The notes beneath the pieces are model-generated. The model made no database searches. It saw nothing but the letters and a program-made list of their open reading frames with translations, and was not told the origin of the DNA. This document shows positions 23,930 through 37,573 of a stretch of DNA of 62,515 nt, piece by piece. Source of the stretch: Isurus oxyrinchus (taxonomy: Eukaryota). Location: the NCBI GenBank assembly GCA_026770705.1, contig JANJGN010000026.1, forward strand, positions 32,674,001-32,736,515, given 5' to 3'. Position 1 is the stretch's first letter. Each line of letters opens with the position of its first letter. The position numbers and the translations under genes were made by a program.

Positions 23930-24460
23930 GAGAAAGATAGATAAGATAGAGAGCTAGAGGGAGCCAGAGGGAAATGTCAGAAAGAAAGAGAGAAAGAGAA
24001 ACGGGTAAAAAAAAGAGAGTAAAGGAGAGATAGAGAAAAAAGTGAAAGGTATATATAGAGAGAAAGCAAGATAGAGAAAGAGCGATAGAGAAAAAGAGCG
24101 AGATAAAGAGAAACATAGATAGAGGCTCATACAGTCACGGTGAGGAAATTCGAAAGAGAGGAGAAAAAGGGGGAAGAGAAAGAGACGGCAGGAAACATAC
24201 AAATTTAAGGCGATAGAGAGGTCAGGGTGGGGGCAGAGATGGAGAGACAAAGAGAAAAGGATGAGATGAAAAGAGAGGGCTGATATAGGGAATCATACAC
24301 AAAGAGAGAGAAAGAGAGAAGGGTATGGAGAATCAGAGAGAGAGGGGAAAAGGATGTAGAAAAGAGAATGAGAGAGCTGGGCACAGAGAGGGAGGAGATG
24401 GAAAATCAGACACAGGAAGTTAGGCAAAGAAAGATTAGGAGAGAAATTAGAGAGTTTCAT
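23930..24460 (+). repeat. GA-rich low-complexity tract
   Basis: Long purine-rich degenerate (AG)n/(GAGA)n run. Confidence 0.8.
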
Positions 24461-24578
24461 ACTCACCATCCCAATTGTTCTGTATTCCCTTGACGGACTC
24501 TCACAGTCCTTCCGTCTCCCTTCCCATGGCGAGGAGAGAGACCCTGGGCAACGGGGTTTGGGCTGGGTGGGGGGAGGT

Positions 24579-24707
24579 NNNNNNNNNNNNNNNNNNNNNN
24601 NNNNNNNNNNNNNNNNNNNNNNNNNNNNNNNNNNNNNNNNNNNNNNNNNNNNNNNNNNNNNNNNNNNNNNNNNNNNNNNNNNNNNNNNNNNNNNNNNNNN
24701 NNNNNNN
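24579..24707. other. Assembly gap (129 N)
   Basis: Run of N. Confidence 1.
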
Positions 24708-25862
24708 GGCATTAATGCTCACCCAAAGCCGCGTGGTCTAGAAAAAGACACATTGATTCTCCAAACCTCTTATACCTTCCATGCCTGTCAGTCAAGCTTT
24801 TTGCATCTCCCAAATTATAACCCCCTCCCGTCCCCCCCTCCCGCCATCCAACCAGCTTTCAGCTACCTCCACCTGAGGCACACCAACCCCAGGTGTGGCA
24901 CAGAACAACCGAAATATTTGTTTGACTGGGGGGTTGGAAAACAGCAGGTAAATGGTTCAGTGCAGGGTTGTCTCCCCCCACTCTCTCTTTCTTCCCCCAC
25001 CCTCCTCATCAGTCTCACAACTCAGGAACTATGGAGCTGAGAATCTGCAACTTGGAACTAAAGGAGGGATCAGTTGGGGATCAGTCATTCATTCTGTAGC
25101 TCATTTTATGCCGGACTGAAGTAGTTAGACGGTTCCATCATCTGCTGCTTTATACTAATATTCCGTCAAGTTCAAACTTCAACACTTTCTCCCCGCTGTG
25201 TCTGTTGCTCACTGCATTGACTATTTCCGTTCAGCTTTACAGGACCATCTCTTGTGTCCACTGGAAAACTATGACTCAGTCCAGGTCTTTGCGCTTCAGA
25301 TCTCACCGGTGCCAATGACACCGGGGCCAGGCTGCATGATTCATGGCAGTGAACTTAGTGCTGAGCAGTCAATGGTCCAGGCGTTTAAAACATTCAGAGA
25401 TATTGAAATCCTTTAACACATGAAGGTGTGGGAGGGGGAGGCAAAGAATTAAAGTGCGTTTGGTCTGTGATATGATGGAAAATGGGGACAGGTGAAATGC
25501 TGCTTGGTGCCTTAGCGAGGCTGATCTGGACAGACATGCAGTGGCTCCTGTGTTTCAGCCCGAGTGGGCTGCATGATGCAGGACTCTCTGTTCTTTGGTT
25601 GTACACACACGCACACATTGAGATAAACATCAACTCCTGTACCATGCGGCAATAAGGCTGGAAACTGTGCACTTAGCTTCCCAAAGAATACACTTTATTC
25701 ATGGAATATCTGAAAATGCATTGATTGCAGGACATAAAGTGCAGTGCAGTTCACTCTCCTTCAGTGCAGTGTGTGTGTGGCACTCTGAGCCACTTCTATA
25801 CAGTTCCAAATTGGTTAGATGTACAATTCGCATTTCACAATATCAAACATTCTCTGCAGCAT

Positions 25863-28690
25863 AAAAACAAAAAACTGTGGATGCTGGAAATCGAAAACAA
25901 AAACAGAATTACCTGGAAAAACTCAGCAGGTCTATCAGCATCGACGGAGAAGAAAAGTATTGACGTTTCAAGTTCTCATAACCCTTCCACACAAATGAGT
26001 GAATATAAGGAGAGGGGTGAAATATAAGCTGGTTTAGGGTGGGGGCTGAAGGGGAGATGTGGTTGGGGGGGGGTTGCCGGCAGTGTGGTTGTAGGGACAA
26101 GCAAGCTGTGATAGGAGCAGATAATCAAAAGATGTCACAGACAAAAGAACAAAAGAACGCAGAGGTGTTGAAGGTAGTGATATTATCTAAACGAATGTGC
26201 TAATTAAGAATGGATGGTTAGGCACTCAAGGTACAGCTCTATTTGGGGTGGGGTGGAAATAGTAGCAGGGCGTAAAAGATTAAAAAATAATGGAAATAGG
26301 TGGGAAAAGAAAAAACTATATACATTATTGGAAAAAACAAAAGGAAGTGGGAAGAAACTGAAAGGGGGTGGGGATGAAGGAGGGAGTTCAAGATCTAAAG
26401 TTGTTGAATTCAATATTCAGTCCAGAAGGCTGTAAACTGCCTCGTCGGAAGATGAGCTGCTGTGCCTCCAGTTTGCGTTGGGCTTCACTGGAACAATGCA
26501 GCAAGCCAAGGACAGACATGTGGGCAAGAGAGCAGGGTGGAGTGTTAAAATAGCAAGTGACAAGGAGGTTTGGGTAATTCTTGCAGACAGACCACAGGTG
26601 TGCTGCAAAGCAGTCGCCCATTTTACGTTTGGTCTCTCCAATGCAGAGGAGACCGCATTGGGAGCAACGAATGCAGTAGACTAAGTTGGGGGAAATGCAA
26701 GTGAAATGCTGCTTCACTTGAAAGGAGTGTTTGGGCCCGTGGATGACGAGGAGAGAGGAAGTGAAGGGGCAGGTGTTGCATCTTTTGCGTGGGCATGGGG
26801 AGGTGCCATAGGTAGGGGTTGAGGAGTAGGGGGTGATGGAGGAGTGGACAAGGGTGTCCAGGAGGGAACAATTCCTACGGAATGCCGCCGGGGGGTGGGG
26901 TGGGGGTGTGGGGGTGTGAAGGGGAGATGTGTTTGGTGGTGGCATCATGCTGGAGTTGGCGGAAATGGCGATGGATGATGCTTTGAATGCGGAGGCTGGT
27001 GGGGTGATAAGTGAGGACAAGGGAGACCCTTTCATGTTTCTGGGAGGGAGGAGAAAGCGTGAGGGCGGATGCGCAGGTTGAGGGCCATGTCAATGATCGT
27101 TGGTGGAAAATCTCGGTTAAGGAAGAAGGAGGACATGTCAGAGGAACTGTTTTTGCGGGTAGCATCATGAGAACAGATGTGACGGAGGCGAAGGAACTGA
27201 GCGAATGGGATGCAGTCCTTACAGGAAGCGGGGTGAGAGGAGCTGTAGTCGAGGTTGCTTTTGGAGTCTGTAGGCTTGTAATGGATATTGGTGGACAGTC
27301 TCTCACCAGAGATTGAGACAGAGAGGTCAAGGAAGGGAAGGGAAGTTTCAGAGATGGACCATGTGAAAATGATGGAGGGGTGGAGATTGAAAGCAAAATT
27401 AAGAAATTTTTCCAAGTCCTGACGAGAGCACAAAGCAGCACCGAGGTAATCATCAATGTACCGGCGAAAGAGATGTGGAACGGGGCCGGAATAGGACTGG
27501 AACAAGGAATGTTCCACATACCCCATAAAGAGACAGACATAGCTGGGGCCCATGCGGGTACCCATAGCCACACCATTTATTTGGAGGAAGTGAGAGGAGT
27601 TCAAGGAGAGATTGTTCAGTGTGGGAAAACGTTCAGCCAGACGGAGGAGAGTAGTGGTGGATGGGGATTGTTCGGGCCACTGTTCGAGGTAGAAGCTAAG
27701 GGCCCTGAGAACATCCTGGTGGGGGATGAGGTGTAGAGGGAATGGACGTCCATGGTGAAGAGGAAGGGGTTGTGGCCAGGGAACTGGAAATTGTTGATGT
27801 GATGTAAGGTGTCAGAGGAATAACTTCCTCTCTCCTCACCGTCCAAGGGCCCAAGTATTCCTTTCAAGTGAAGCAGCATTTCACTTGCATTTCCCCCAAC
27901 TTACTCTACTGCATTCGTTGCTTCCAATGCGGTCTCTTCTACATTTACAAAAGTAAACTGGGTGACCGCTTTGCAGGACACCTGTGGTCTGCCCGCAAGA
28001 ATTACCCAAACCTCCTGTCGCTTGTCATTTTAACACTCCACCCTGCTCTCTTGCCCACATGTCTGTCCTTGGCTTGCTGCATTGTTCCAGTGAAGCCCCA
28101 TGCAAACTGGAAGAACAGCACCTCATCTTCCGACGAGGCACTTTACAGCCTTCTGGACTGAATATTGAATTCAACAACTTTAGATGTTGAACTCCCTCCT
28201 CCATCCCCACCCCCTTTCAGTTTCTTCCCACTTCCTTTTGTTTTTTCCAATAATTTATGTGGATTTATCTTTTCCCACCTATTTCCATTATTTTTAAATT
28301 TTTTATGCCCTGCTACTCTTTCCACCCCACCCCCATTAGAGCTGTACCTTGAGTGACCTACCATCCATTCTTAATTAGCACATTCGTTTAGATAATATCA
28401 CTACCTTCAACACCTCTGTGTTCTTTTGTTCTTTTGTCGGTGACATCTTTTGATTATCTGCTCCTATTACTGCTTGCTTGTCCCTACAACCACACCACCA
28501 CCCCACCACTTCTCTCCCCGCCCCACCACACCCCCCTCCCCCACCTCAAACCAGCTTATATTTCAACCCTCTCCTTATATGCACTCAGTTGTGTGGAAGA
28601 TTCATAAGGATTCGAAATGTCAAATCTTTTCTCCTCCGCTGATGCTGCCAGACCTGCTGAGTTTTTCCAGGTCATTCTGTTTTTTTATTT
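25863..28690 (-). mobile_element. Penelope-like retroelement (probably Neptune group), degraded, with inverted duplicate of its 3' part
   Basis: Minus-strand RT motifs FLQINGVAMGTRMGPSY, RYIDD, LPFLD, YKPTD; Cys linker CPRKRCNTC; GIY-YIG-like NLVYCIRC..C..IGET, ending GLNIEFNNF. Plus-strand copy of the endonuclease and pLTR at ~27820-28690. Flanks TCTGCAGCAT (25853) and TCTGAAGCAT (28691). Confidence 0.92.
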
Positions 28691-29492
28691 TCTGAAGCAT
28701 TGTGTTCCAGAGATCAGACTGATGACACTCCCGAAGATCACGAGATCTCCCGCACACTTTTCCATGTATTAAACGATTCACAGCTCTTACACAGCTTCCA
28801 GCTTCGAAGACAGTGGTTTTCCGGTTTTATTTCTGCATTGATTTCCATTCCTCCCTAACTCCCCTTGAACCAGGATGTGTGCTCACAGCTCAAGTCCGCG
28901 AGGGTCACTGTTAATGCAGTGAGACAACTTTGCTGGACTCTCTCTGTATCAACAAGCATTGTGATCACTAAATGTATCACAATTGTATTGAAGCTGCTCA
29001 GAGTGCAACATGATCTATGTCGATAACTTGAATAGCTTTGCACTTTCTGACGGTCTGTAATGACCATTTTGAAATGCCTGTAATGTTCATTGATTGTATT
29101 GAAGGACCTCATGTCCTATGTGGAAATTGAATATGATTGCAACTTTTGTGATGACCACTTTGAAATGTTTTGGAATGTTCTTTCAGGTATTTTATGAATA
29201 AAGTATATTTTTCTCCAAAAAAGCATAGTACTCGTATTTATCTACTGGGATCTCACTTGGTCTTTCAGATTAAACATGGAGCTGCAATGGATTTACCTAC
29301 CTTACCAATGTTAGAAATAAAAGTCATGAATCTATCGCTTCAGCTGTTTGTTCACCGACCTGTAACTAAAGTGTATGTTGTAGCTTAATTACCTCTCTGG
29401 AGACTGTCAACTGGTATAAATGAGGGACCCTTTGAAAGCGTCGCAGAGTTAAGATATGTATCATTCATAATCTTTTTGGTTTCTTAAGGACG

Positions 29493-32221
29493 ATGCACGG
29501 GCCAGCGAATGGAGCATTCTATGCCATTTACTACCCCGTTCTCGCTTTTATTGGTGTCCCGGGTGAGTTATGAATCCCAAATAAATTATTTATTTTTTTG
29601 TAAATCCCCAAAATGCTGTCCCTTCTCTTTCTGGATCGCGCTGAACTTTCGTAATACTCGGCACTGTGTAAGTATAGAGGACTTACTGGATTATGGTGTA
29701 TTATAGTGCATTACTTGCATTTGTGTTGTTCAATAAATTAGGTGGCCAACTTAGCGAACAACCGTCTATTGGATTGCAGAAATGTTAATTATAATGCATG
29801 GCATTTTACGCACGTTATATTGTTGAACAATAGAAAATATTCTAATGTAGTAAAATGCATTCTGGTGTTTTTCGTATTAGATGGAACAATAGCGTATCTT
29901 AGAGCCATAAAATGCATTCCCGTGCACTGATTTTATAAAAGTACTGAAAATGAATCTAAAGCGCAATCATTATTCAAGATGGATCTTGATGTTACAATTC
30001 ATTCAATGATTCCACTAATACCCAAGGCGGCGCCTGAAAGCATGTTCTAGTTACAACGTTGTGTGTTCCCACTTGGCAATTCCTTTTGTAAATATGGCCA
30101 TAGGAATGAATAATGGAAACTTTTGGCAGAGGTGAATGGGGGTGCAAGATTTTTGACCAGTTGTCTATTTTGTTGGGTGGTGTTAGGTTCTGTGCATTTG
30201 GACTTTATTTTGGATAATTATGTTTTTTATTGAATAATGGCACGTGGCTGGCACTGGGAGGGTCAGCATTTATTGTCCATCCCTCCTTTCCATTTGAGGA
30301 ATTTGAGTTGCACTTTTTTTTCTTGAGTCTCTGCAGGACGAATGGTGTAAATGTTTCACAGAATTCTTGGCAAACAAATTTGATAAGGAATCGCACAAAG
30401 ATATATGAATCAGATGTCAAAACGTTTGATCAACGAAGTACGTTTTTAAAAACAATTGAAAAATAAGTAAAGAGAGACGGAGGGTGGGTTCGGAATTCTT
30501 TATCTCAGAAGATGAAAGAATAAATTTTAGTGATGGAGCGGTTAATATCAGGGATGCTCATGGGAGCAGAGTTGGATGTACGCTGTGATCTCAGATTGTT
30601 TTAAGACTGCAGGATTTTACAGGGATCTGGAGTGGCGACGCTAAAGATCGGTTTGAAAATCAGGAAGAGAATATTGAAATAGAGGCTTTAGCGGACAAGG
30701 GTCCAGTGTAGCTTAGTGAGCAAAGTGGTGATTGATCAACGGGACTTGGTGTGGGTAAGGGTATGGGGAGCAATTTCTTTTTTGAATGAGTTGAAGTTCA
30801 ATAACGATGCGAAGTTATATACCGCTCAAAAGACTTCCAATGGTCATGAGCCTAGTTATAAGAAAGGCTTGGATACGGTTTTAACAGCGGTTAAGCTAAG
30901 GCAGGGTTAGAGACAGGCGATATTATGGGCTGTATTAGAAAGGTTGAAGGATGCAGTGTCGGTGTTTATGATAGACATGGGGATGTGGGCGTTTGGAAAT
31001 TTATCTCACGGTCAAACAAGAGATAACCGTTGTAAAGACCGTCGAACCTCATAAGATAGTGAGCCACGGGAATGGGATCAGTGGCCAGAGGGCGGACTTT
31101 GTGGCGAGAACTGATTTTAATGTCCTTTATGTTGACAAATGTTCAATCCAACATTGGATGTCGAACAGTTAGCAACTGAGTTGGAATAATTGGAGTCTGG
31201 AGGTGGTGAAGGGGCTGAGCAAGAGAGTTTTAGAACCAGATTCGATGAAGCAGTAGCTCGTGTCTGGAGTTCACTCGGTTACATCCCTCTCTTTCTATTT
31301 CTTGCAGCCAACTTGGTGGCGATCATAATCCTGTCCCGAGGACGGTGCGGACTCTCCAGATGCATCACCTACTACCTGGTGGCGATAGCAGTGACTGATT
31401 TCCTTGTCATGATCGCTGCCGTTATCCTCAACCGGATTGGTGGCATTTACTTTAAGTATAGTGTCCTATCTACCACCCCGGGGTGCGCTGTCAGCACTGT
31501 GTTTGTCTATGCCACCCGGGATGGCTCAGTCTGGCTGACTGTCGCCTTCACCTTCGACCGTTTTGTGGCCATCTGCTGTCAGAGCCTGAAGGCCAGATAC
31601 TGCACTGAGAAAAGTGCGGTGCTGGTTATAGGATTGGTCAGTGTCCTGAGCTGCGCTAAGAACGTCCCTTTCTACTTCACCTATCAGCCCTTGTATAGTC
31701 TGGATGGGGTGTCCTGGCAGGCCTACGACTGGCTAGATCACATCTTGACTCCTTTCCTCCCTTTCATCCTCATTCTGCTGCTCAATGCCCTGACCGTAAG
31801 GCACATCTTAGCAGCCAGCAGAACCCGCAAGAGGCTCCGGGGCGCCGAGAGTCACGGAGACCCAGAGATCGCCAACCGCAAGAGGTCCATTGTCCTACTC
31901 TTCACTATCTCCCTCAGCTTCCTCCTCCTGTGGGTCACCTATGTCGGACATTTCCTCTTCGTGCGGATTACGGGTGACGCCTACTTCACTGGTCTGGATT
32001 TCAATGACCCACACTTCATGCTTCAAGAGACAACCAACATGCTGCAGTTATTCAGTTCCTGCAATAACATCTTCATCTACGCAGTAGCCCAGACTAAGTT
32101 CAGGGATGAGCTGAAGAAGGTGCTGAATTGCCCCTTTGCGACCCTCGCCTTTTGCTTCGAATGGTGTGTTATCAAGCAGTTAGGGGCCAGTGATGTTTTG
32201 TTTAAAGTAGACAAAGTTTGA
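29493..32221 (+). CDS. Two-exon class A GPCR, GPR139/GPR142-like (327 aa)
   Basis: Exon 1 29493-29562 MHGPANGAFYAIYYPVLAFIGVP|gtgagt splices in frame to exon 2 31308-32221 (A)NLVAIIILSRGRCGLS...TFDRFVAIC...NNIFIYA, giving 7 hydrophobic segments. TATAAA at ~29415. The 31190 ORF start is intronic read-through. Confidence 0.88.
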
Positions 32222-35129
32222 AAGCCCAGTTGCTTAAAAAATACAGTCACAATATTTCACAGTTTTGAACAAGCGAAATAAACGTTACCATGTACAGGTA
32301 GCAAAGTAGAACAATTTGCATTACCAATCTGATACGCTAACATTTAGAACTAACATGAAGTAAATATTAAATAGCGAGCAACTGTGGTCGAACACACCAC
32401 ATTGCATATTAAAAGGCAGAAGCGACCAAGACAGACCCCACGGATTTCTCAGCGACCCACCTAGACGTCCGTGAGCACAGTGAGTCACACAGTTTCTGCC
32501 TCCCTCACGAGGGGTTCCTCTCTTCAATTTCAAAGAACAAGCGTCTGAATTCCCTTGAAAATTGCTCTGACTTGGCTTGTCTCAGGACTGTTCACCTCCC
32601 AGTGGTTTAACCTTGTATCCCGACATAACACATCAATCTCTAATCATTGGCACAATTTCAGCTCTCTAACGGACAGCTAGCTTCACTGTTGCCGCTGCCC
32701 AAGCATTTTACCGATCTCCAATCTCCCCAGCTGCACCAAGTTATCAGTGACTCTAACAGCTTCCGCGGAGCCCTAACCCTGTCAGCAGCATGGAGACTGC
32801 CACCTTCTGCCTTTCTCTGGTCCACATGGCTTCTGAATCCTAAGTGCACGGACTTATCAAACGGGACCTGTGACTTCTCCTGAGCCCCATCTATACAGAG
32901 CGATCTAACAGCAAACTGTTTGCTGCCTAGTGCCTCTTCCTTGCTGCTAGGCCCACACAGTCACCTGGGGTTATTTTTCCCCACCACCTATACCCATGCC
33001 CAGGTCCCGTAGTCGTCTTTGTGAGTCACCACCACCACTCAGGCGCCTTGGTGATGACTACAATGCTCCCAACTGCCGATCACTGGGCTGTTTATACGCA
33101 AACTGTGACATTCCAAGGTTGCGCTGAAACCCTCAGGGAATTCTGTGCTTGTTCTCCTCCGCCTCTGCCCGGAAAATACCCCGGACCATGTCCTTAACTG
33201 GTGAAAAATAATAAAACCCCTTCATGGTGTTTCTCTTCCACCAGACTGTCTCAGTGCATAGACCTTTCTGTCACTTTACCCATAAATCGTCCGCTCAAGC
33301 TCCCACATTCTAGGTATATGAAACTCATAGTGCAGCGCCAACGGTCTGCAGCTGTCTAAACTGAAGGAATCCTGAGCGATTGAATGTGCTGACTTTCTGG
33401 ATGAGACGCTGAACGACGGCCTCTGGCTACGCTTTCAGGTGGATTGCAAAATATCTCACTGTCTCTATTCAAAAATTTAACAAAACAGCAAAACATTCTC
33501 CCCAGTGTGCTTGACCATTATTTATCCTTCATTTAACACCATTGAAGACGGTTTTGTGCTCATTTATCTCATTACGTTTTGTGGAATCTTGCTTTGCCCA
33601 CCTTTTGCTGCCGCGTTTCCTGCATTACAACAGGAACGTTTCTAATTGGCTGTAAAGCCCTTTGGGCGCCCTGAGGCCGGGAACGGCGCTATGGAAATAC
33701 CTGATTCTTTTTTCTTTCATTCATTCTTTCTCAGCAACAACTCCACACCGCAGAGACTCGATCTCCACGTTTAGTCCTTACACTCAAAATAAAGTATTTG
33801 ATAACATGAGAATTCATTTTTGAGTTTTGATCCTGAATGTGCTACCCGAAAGGAAGCTGGATCCAGATTAAACAATAAATTCCAAATGTGAATTGGATAA
33901 ATGCTGGAAAAGGCGGACATGGTGAAACGAACGGGAGAGTGTAACCAACTGCCCGTTATCTACTATTTCTAAAGGAAAATACAGCTAGAGTAATGGACAC
34001 AATCCCTTCCTTTCAGTATGAATAACGTCATCTGTTGGAAAGTAGAAACAAATTTGCAATTTACTCATCAACACAAACACGGCCGGCTTTCAGCTCCTTT
34101 TTAAAAAGCCGGCAGTTTTTTTTTGCACCGCACCCGTCCCTCCAAACATTGTAGTCCGAGGCCATCACCTAGTTCGCCGAGTGGAGGCGCATCTCCTGCT
34201 AAATGAATAGTTCTTTCGGAAACCCGGCAAAACGCAGTTGTCTTCACCCAATGCTTTGTGGGTGTAAACTGCGCTTTTCGCGACCTCAGGCCAACCGAAA
34301 AGTGCTTCACAGTGGCTCAGGGGGCGACAGGTTATCGGGGATTGGCGGGAATCTCAGGCCGAGGTTACAATAAAATCAGTCATGACCTTATTGAATGGTG
34401 CAACGAAATCGAGGAGCCGAGTGGCCTATTCCTGCTTCTAGTGCGTATGTTAGCATGGTCCAGTGTAATATAAGCAGCGACAGGGAAGGTCTGGTGTGAT
34501 AGAAAGAAAAACAGTTTCAAACGGAATATGAATAAAGATAAAAGGTGTCATGACGTAATCACTGGGGTAGTATTTAATTTGATAAAAGGAGATGTGCTTT
34601 AATACGATAGAGGCAATGTGTAGTTGATTAATACTAGAGCCAGCAACTACTGTAATATGAACAAAGGCCCGGTGCACTGCATTGATAACTGAGGCCGGGA
34701 CTTCCTTATGTAAATGGAACCGTGCTCAAGGACAATAGCAATGGAAGCATGATCGTGTGTAAATTAAGCAAAGGTATATCCGTCTGTAGTAATAAATGAG
34801 ATAGCGTTTAGTTTAATATAATCAGCGGCATGCATTAGTAAACATTAATAATGATGGGCTTCCCACAGACGTGCAATCTATGCCTTATATCCACAGGGTG
34901 GATGTGGAAAATATATTCCCCCTTATGAGGGAGACTAGAACTAGGGGACAGAGTTTAAAAAATAAGGGATCTCCAATTTAAGATGAGGAGAATTTTTGTC
35001 GCTCAGAAGTTCGAGAGTCTGGGTAGCCTCTTTCCCAGCGAGTGGTGGAGACAGGGTTATTGAATATTAGTAAAACTGTGTTAAATAGATATTGACTGAC
35101 AAAAGAGTCAAAGATTATCAGGGGAATTA

Positions 35130-35470
35130 CTGATGGTAGTGCAATTGAATGTCAAACGGCCATGGTTAGATTCTCTCTTGTTGAAAATATTCATTACCTG
35201 GCACTTGTGTGGCTTGAATGTTATCTGCCCCTTCTCATCCCAAGCTTTAGATCTTGCTGCATTTGCACATGGGCTGCTTCAGTATCTGAGGAGTTGCGAA
35301 TGGTTCTGAACATTGTGCAATTATCCGCAAAATGTCCCCACTTCTGGCCTTATGATGGAAGGAAGGTCACTGATGAAACAGCTGAAGGTGGTTGGGCCTA
35401 GGACACTACTCAGGAACTCTTGCAGTGATGTCCTTGAACTGAGATGACTGATCTTCAACAACCACAACCA
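35130..35470 (-). mobile_element. LINE reverse-transcriptase fragment
   Basis: SVLGPTTFSCFISDLPSIIRPEVGTF(AD) RT catalytic region. Confidence 0.8.
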
Positions 35471-36697
35471 TTTCAGTGACGGTGATTGGTGGAGAAATAT
35501 TGTCCAGTTTCCACTCATCTGAAAGCCAGCCCCTCTGACGGTGCATATTTCCCTGAGGACTGAAGTGATGAGTCGTCATAGATCCTGGGGGAAAAGTCTC
35601 CTGAAGCTTCTTGTTCAGAGGCGATAGGGCGGGTAACTGAGCCTCGGCTGACAAGTAGTTTTGGCGGAAGGGCCTTTGTATTGTTATGCCTGTGCACCTT
35701 TCTGCAAATGTATATAGCTTATATGCACACTTTCAAGGAAATGAATACAAATCTTTTATAGTGGTGATCAGGCTAATGACTAACCTACGGGGTGCTGTGA
35801 TCTCTCGGCGACTCGATCACTGGCCCTCCTGAACGGGAAGTCAGTTTCCGTCAGGGTCTCCTCAGTAAATTCCCGGATTGTTGTTTCCGACAGATTACAC
35901 ATGCCTTGTGAGCGGACAGAATCTGTGAACAGACTGGAGCCAGAATCTTGGTAATCCCAGGACTTGGGGACCCCTGAACAGCATAACCCAGGAAAAAGGA
36001 TTGAAATAAAGAGAAGGAAATTTAAAGAAATAAACTTTACTGGCCTCCTGGAAGCAGGGAGCCATTACATTTTAACCGTGGAGTCAAATATCACACGAGA
36101 AGAGAAATAGCCTCTTACAGACGGAGGATGTCAGTAAGCACTTCCCAACCGCACGAAGTACCTTTCCAGTGTAGCCACTGTTCTGATGTTAGTAATATTA
36201 TTTACATAGTGGGCAGTGGGACTGTTTGATTCTCTGCCAGAAAGGGTTGTCACTCTGACTCTTATAGTGGAGTGAAGGGATTTGAGTGTCCAGGTATTTT
36301 CCTGATACTTTGAAGTTGTGGCTAATAGTGACCAAAATATTCGGTCACGAACAGATGGACTGGTCTCTCCCTGCCTATCTCTCTCTCGCTGTCTCTTTGT
36401 CTCTTTCTCTCTGTCGCGCTCTATCTCTCTCTTTGTCCCACTCTCTCTCTCTCTGGCTCTCAATGCGATAAACCTTTACTTCGGACTATGCAGTGACATT
36501 GGACCAAGAAATGTAATGATTTATAGGCCTCAACCAATAAGTATCTTCTGTAATTCACCTATCGATTTTTAACCTATATACACTATTGTTTACAGTAACG
36601 TCTCACAATGCCAAAATATTTCCAGTATTCCCAACTGTCACGTGTCAGAGACGTGAACTGATGGCTTGGTACGTTTTCTGCAAAGATAAGTCCCGGA

Positions 36698-36711
36698 GCG
36701 GCATCTAGTGG
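36698..36711 (-). promoter_or_regulatory. CTCF-like motif (paralogue of 15167)
   Basis: CCACTAGATGCCGC inside a well-conserved duplicated stretch. Confidence 0.55.
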
Positions 36712-37089
36712 GATCCTGCTTGTAAAACAACGACTCTCAATTTATTCTCGAATATTGCTGCATGATATTGCTGCATCACTATTCTGCCACGTGATTATGG
36801 ATTTTGTAGCTTTAGTTTTATTATTACTGGAAGTTCTATCTTTTCATTGTTTTGCTTATGCTACCGTTACTATTTAATATTAATTCCTAGACTATTTGAC
36901 TCAGTTTTCTGACGTGCCTACGTCAGTAGGACAGTACCTGTTCATTTGCATAAATAGGTGGGCATCTTGTTCATAAATTCATAAATCCGCAACTGATGAG
37001 ATTGTGATTGTTCATTTCGGAAGAATGTAATGCTTGCGAACACCTTAATCATCAAATAACGATGTCAGTCAAATTTCAGGATGCCAGAT

Positions 37090-37385
37090 ACATACGAGCA
37101 TAAAAATACGCCGCCATCTAATAAGGTCATGTCTGATTTGACTGTAACCTCCACCTAACGCCGGTTACCTTCCACTCCCTTGTTTATCAAAAATCGATCA
37201 CCCTCTCCTTGAAAACATTCAAAGACCCTGTTTCCCCTGCCCTTTGAGAAAGGGGTTTCCAAAGAAATGCACTTTCTGAGAGAAAATTTTCTTCTCATCT
37301 CTGCTTTAAATAGGAGACCCTTTATTTTTAAACTGTGACCCCTAGTTCTAGGTTTTCCCACAAGAGGAAAGATCCTTTCCATGCG
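37090..37385 (-). mobile_element. CR1-type LINE 3' fragment
   Basis: ERIFPLVGKPRTRGHSLKIKG...EMRRKFS. Confidence 0.8.
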
Positions 37386-37573
37386 TGATTTATTTTTATA
37401 GAGGTCGTTAATCTGTATGCTGTATTATTATGAAATAATAAAAAATTCAGTTACTCGGATGATGAACAGTTTTTTTTTGCAGAATCGCTCCCGCTTCTAA
37501 AGCCCATGTCCCGATTGTCTTCCCAGTCCCCATGTCGAATGAATTCTAGTGCAGTCTCCTCCCTTCTGTATCT

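Noticed and set aside
23835-25040. Several 70-160 aa ORFs, and similar ones at 58329 and 60061
   Set aside because: Translations of low-complexity repeats or of the N gap
31190-31307. N-terminal 39 codons of the 343-aa ORF
   Set aside because: Non-ATG start, and the stretch ends in a polypyrimidine tract and CAG acceptor; the true N-terminus is exon 1 at 29493-29562
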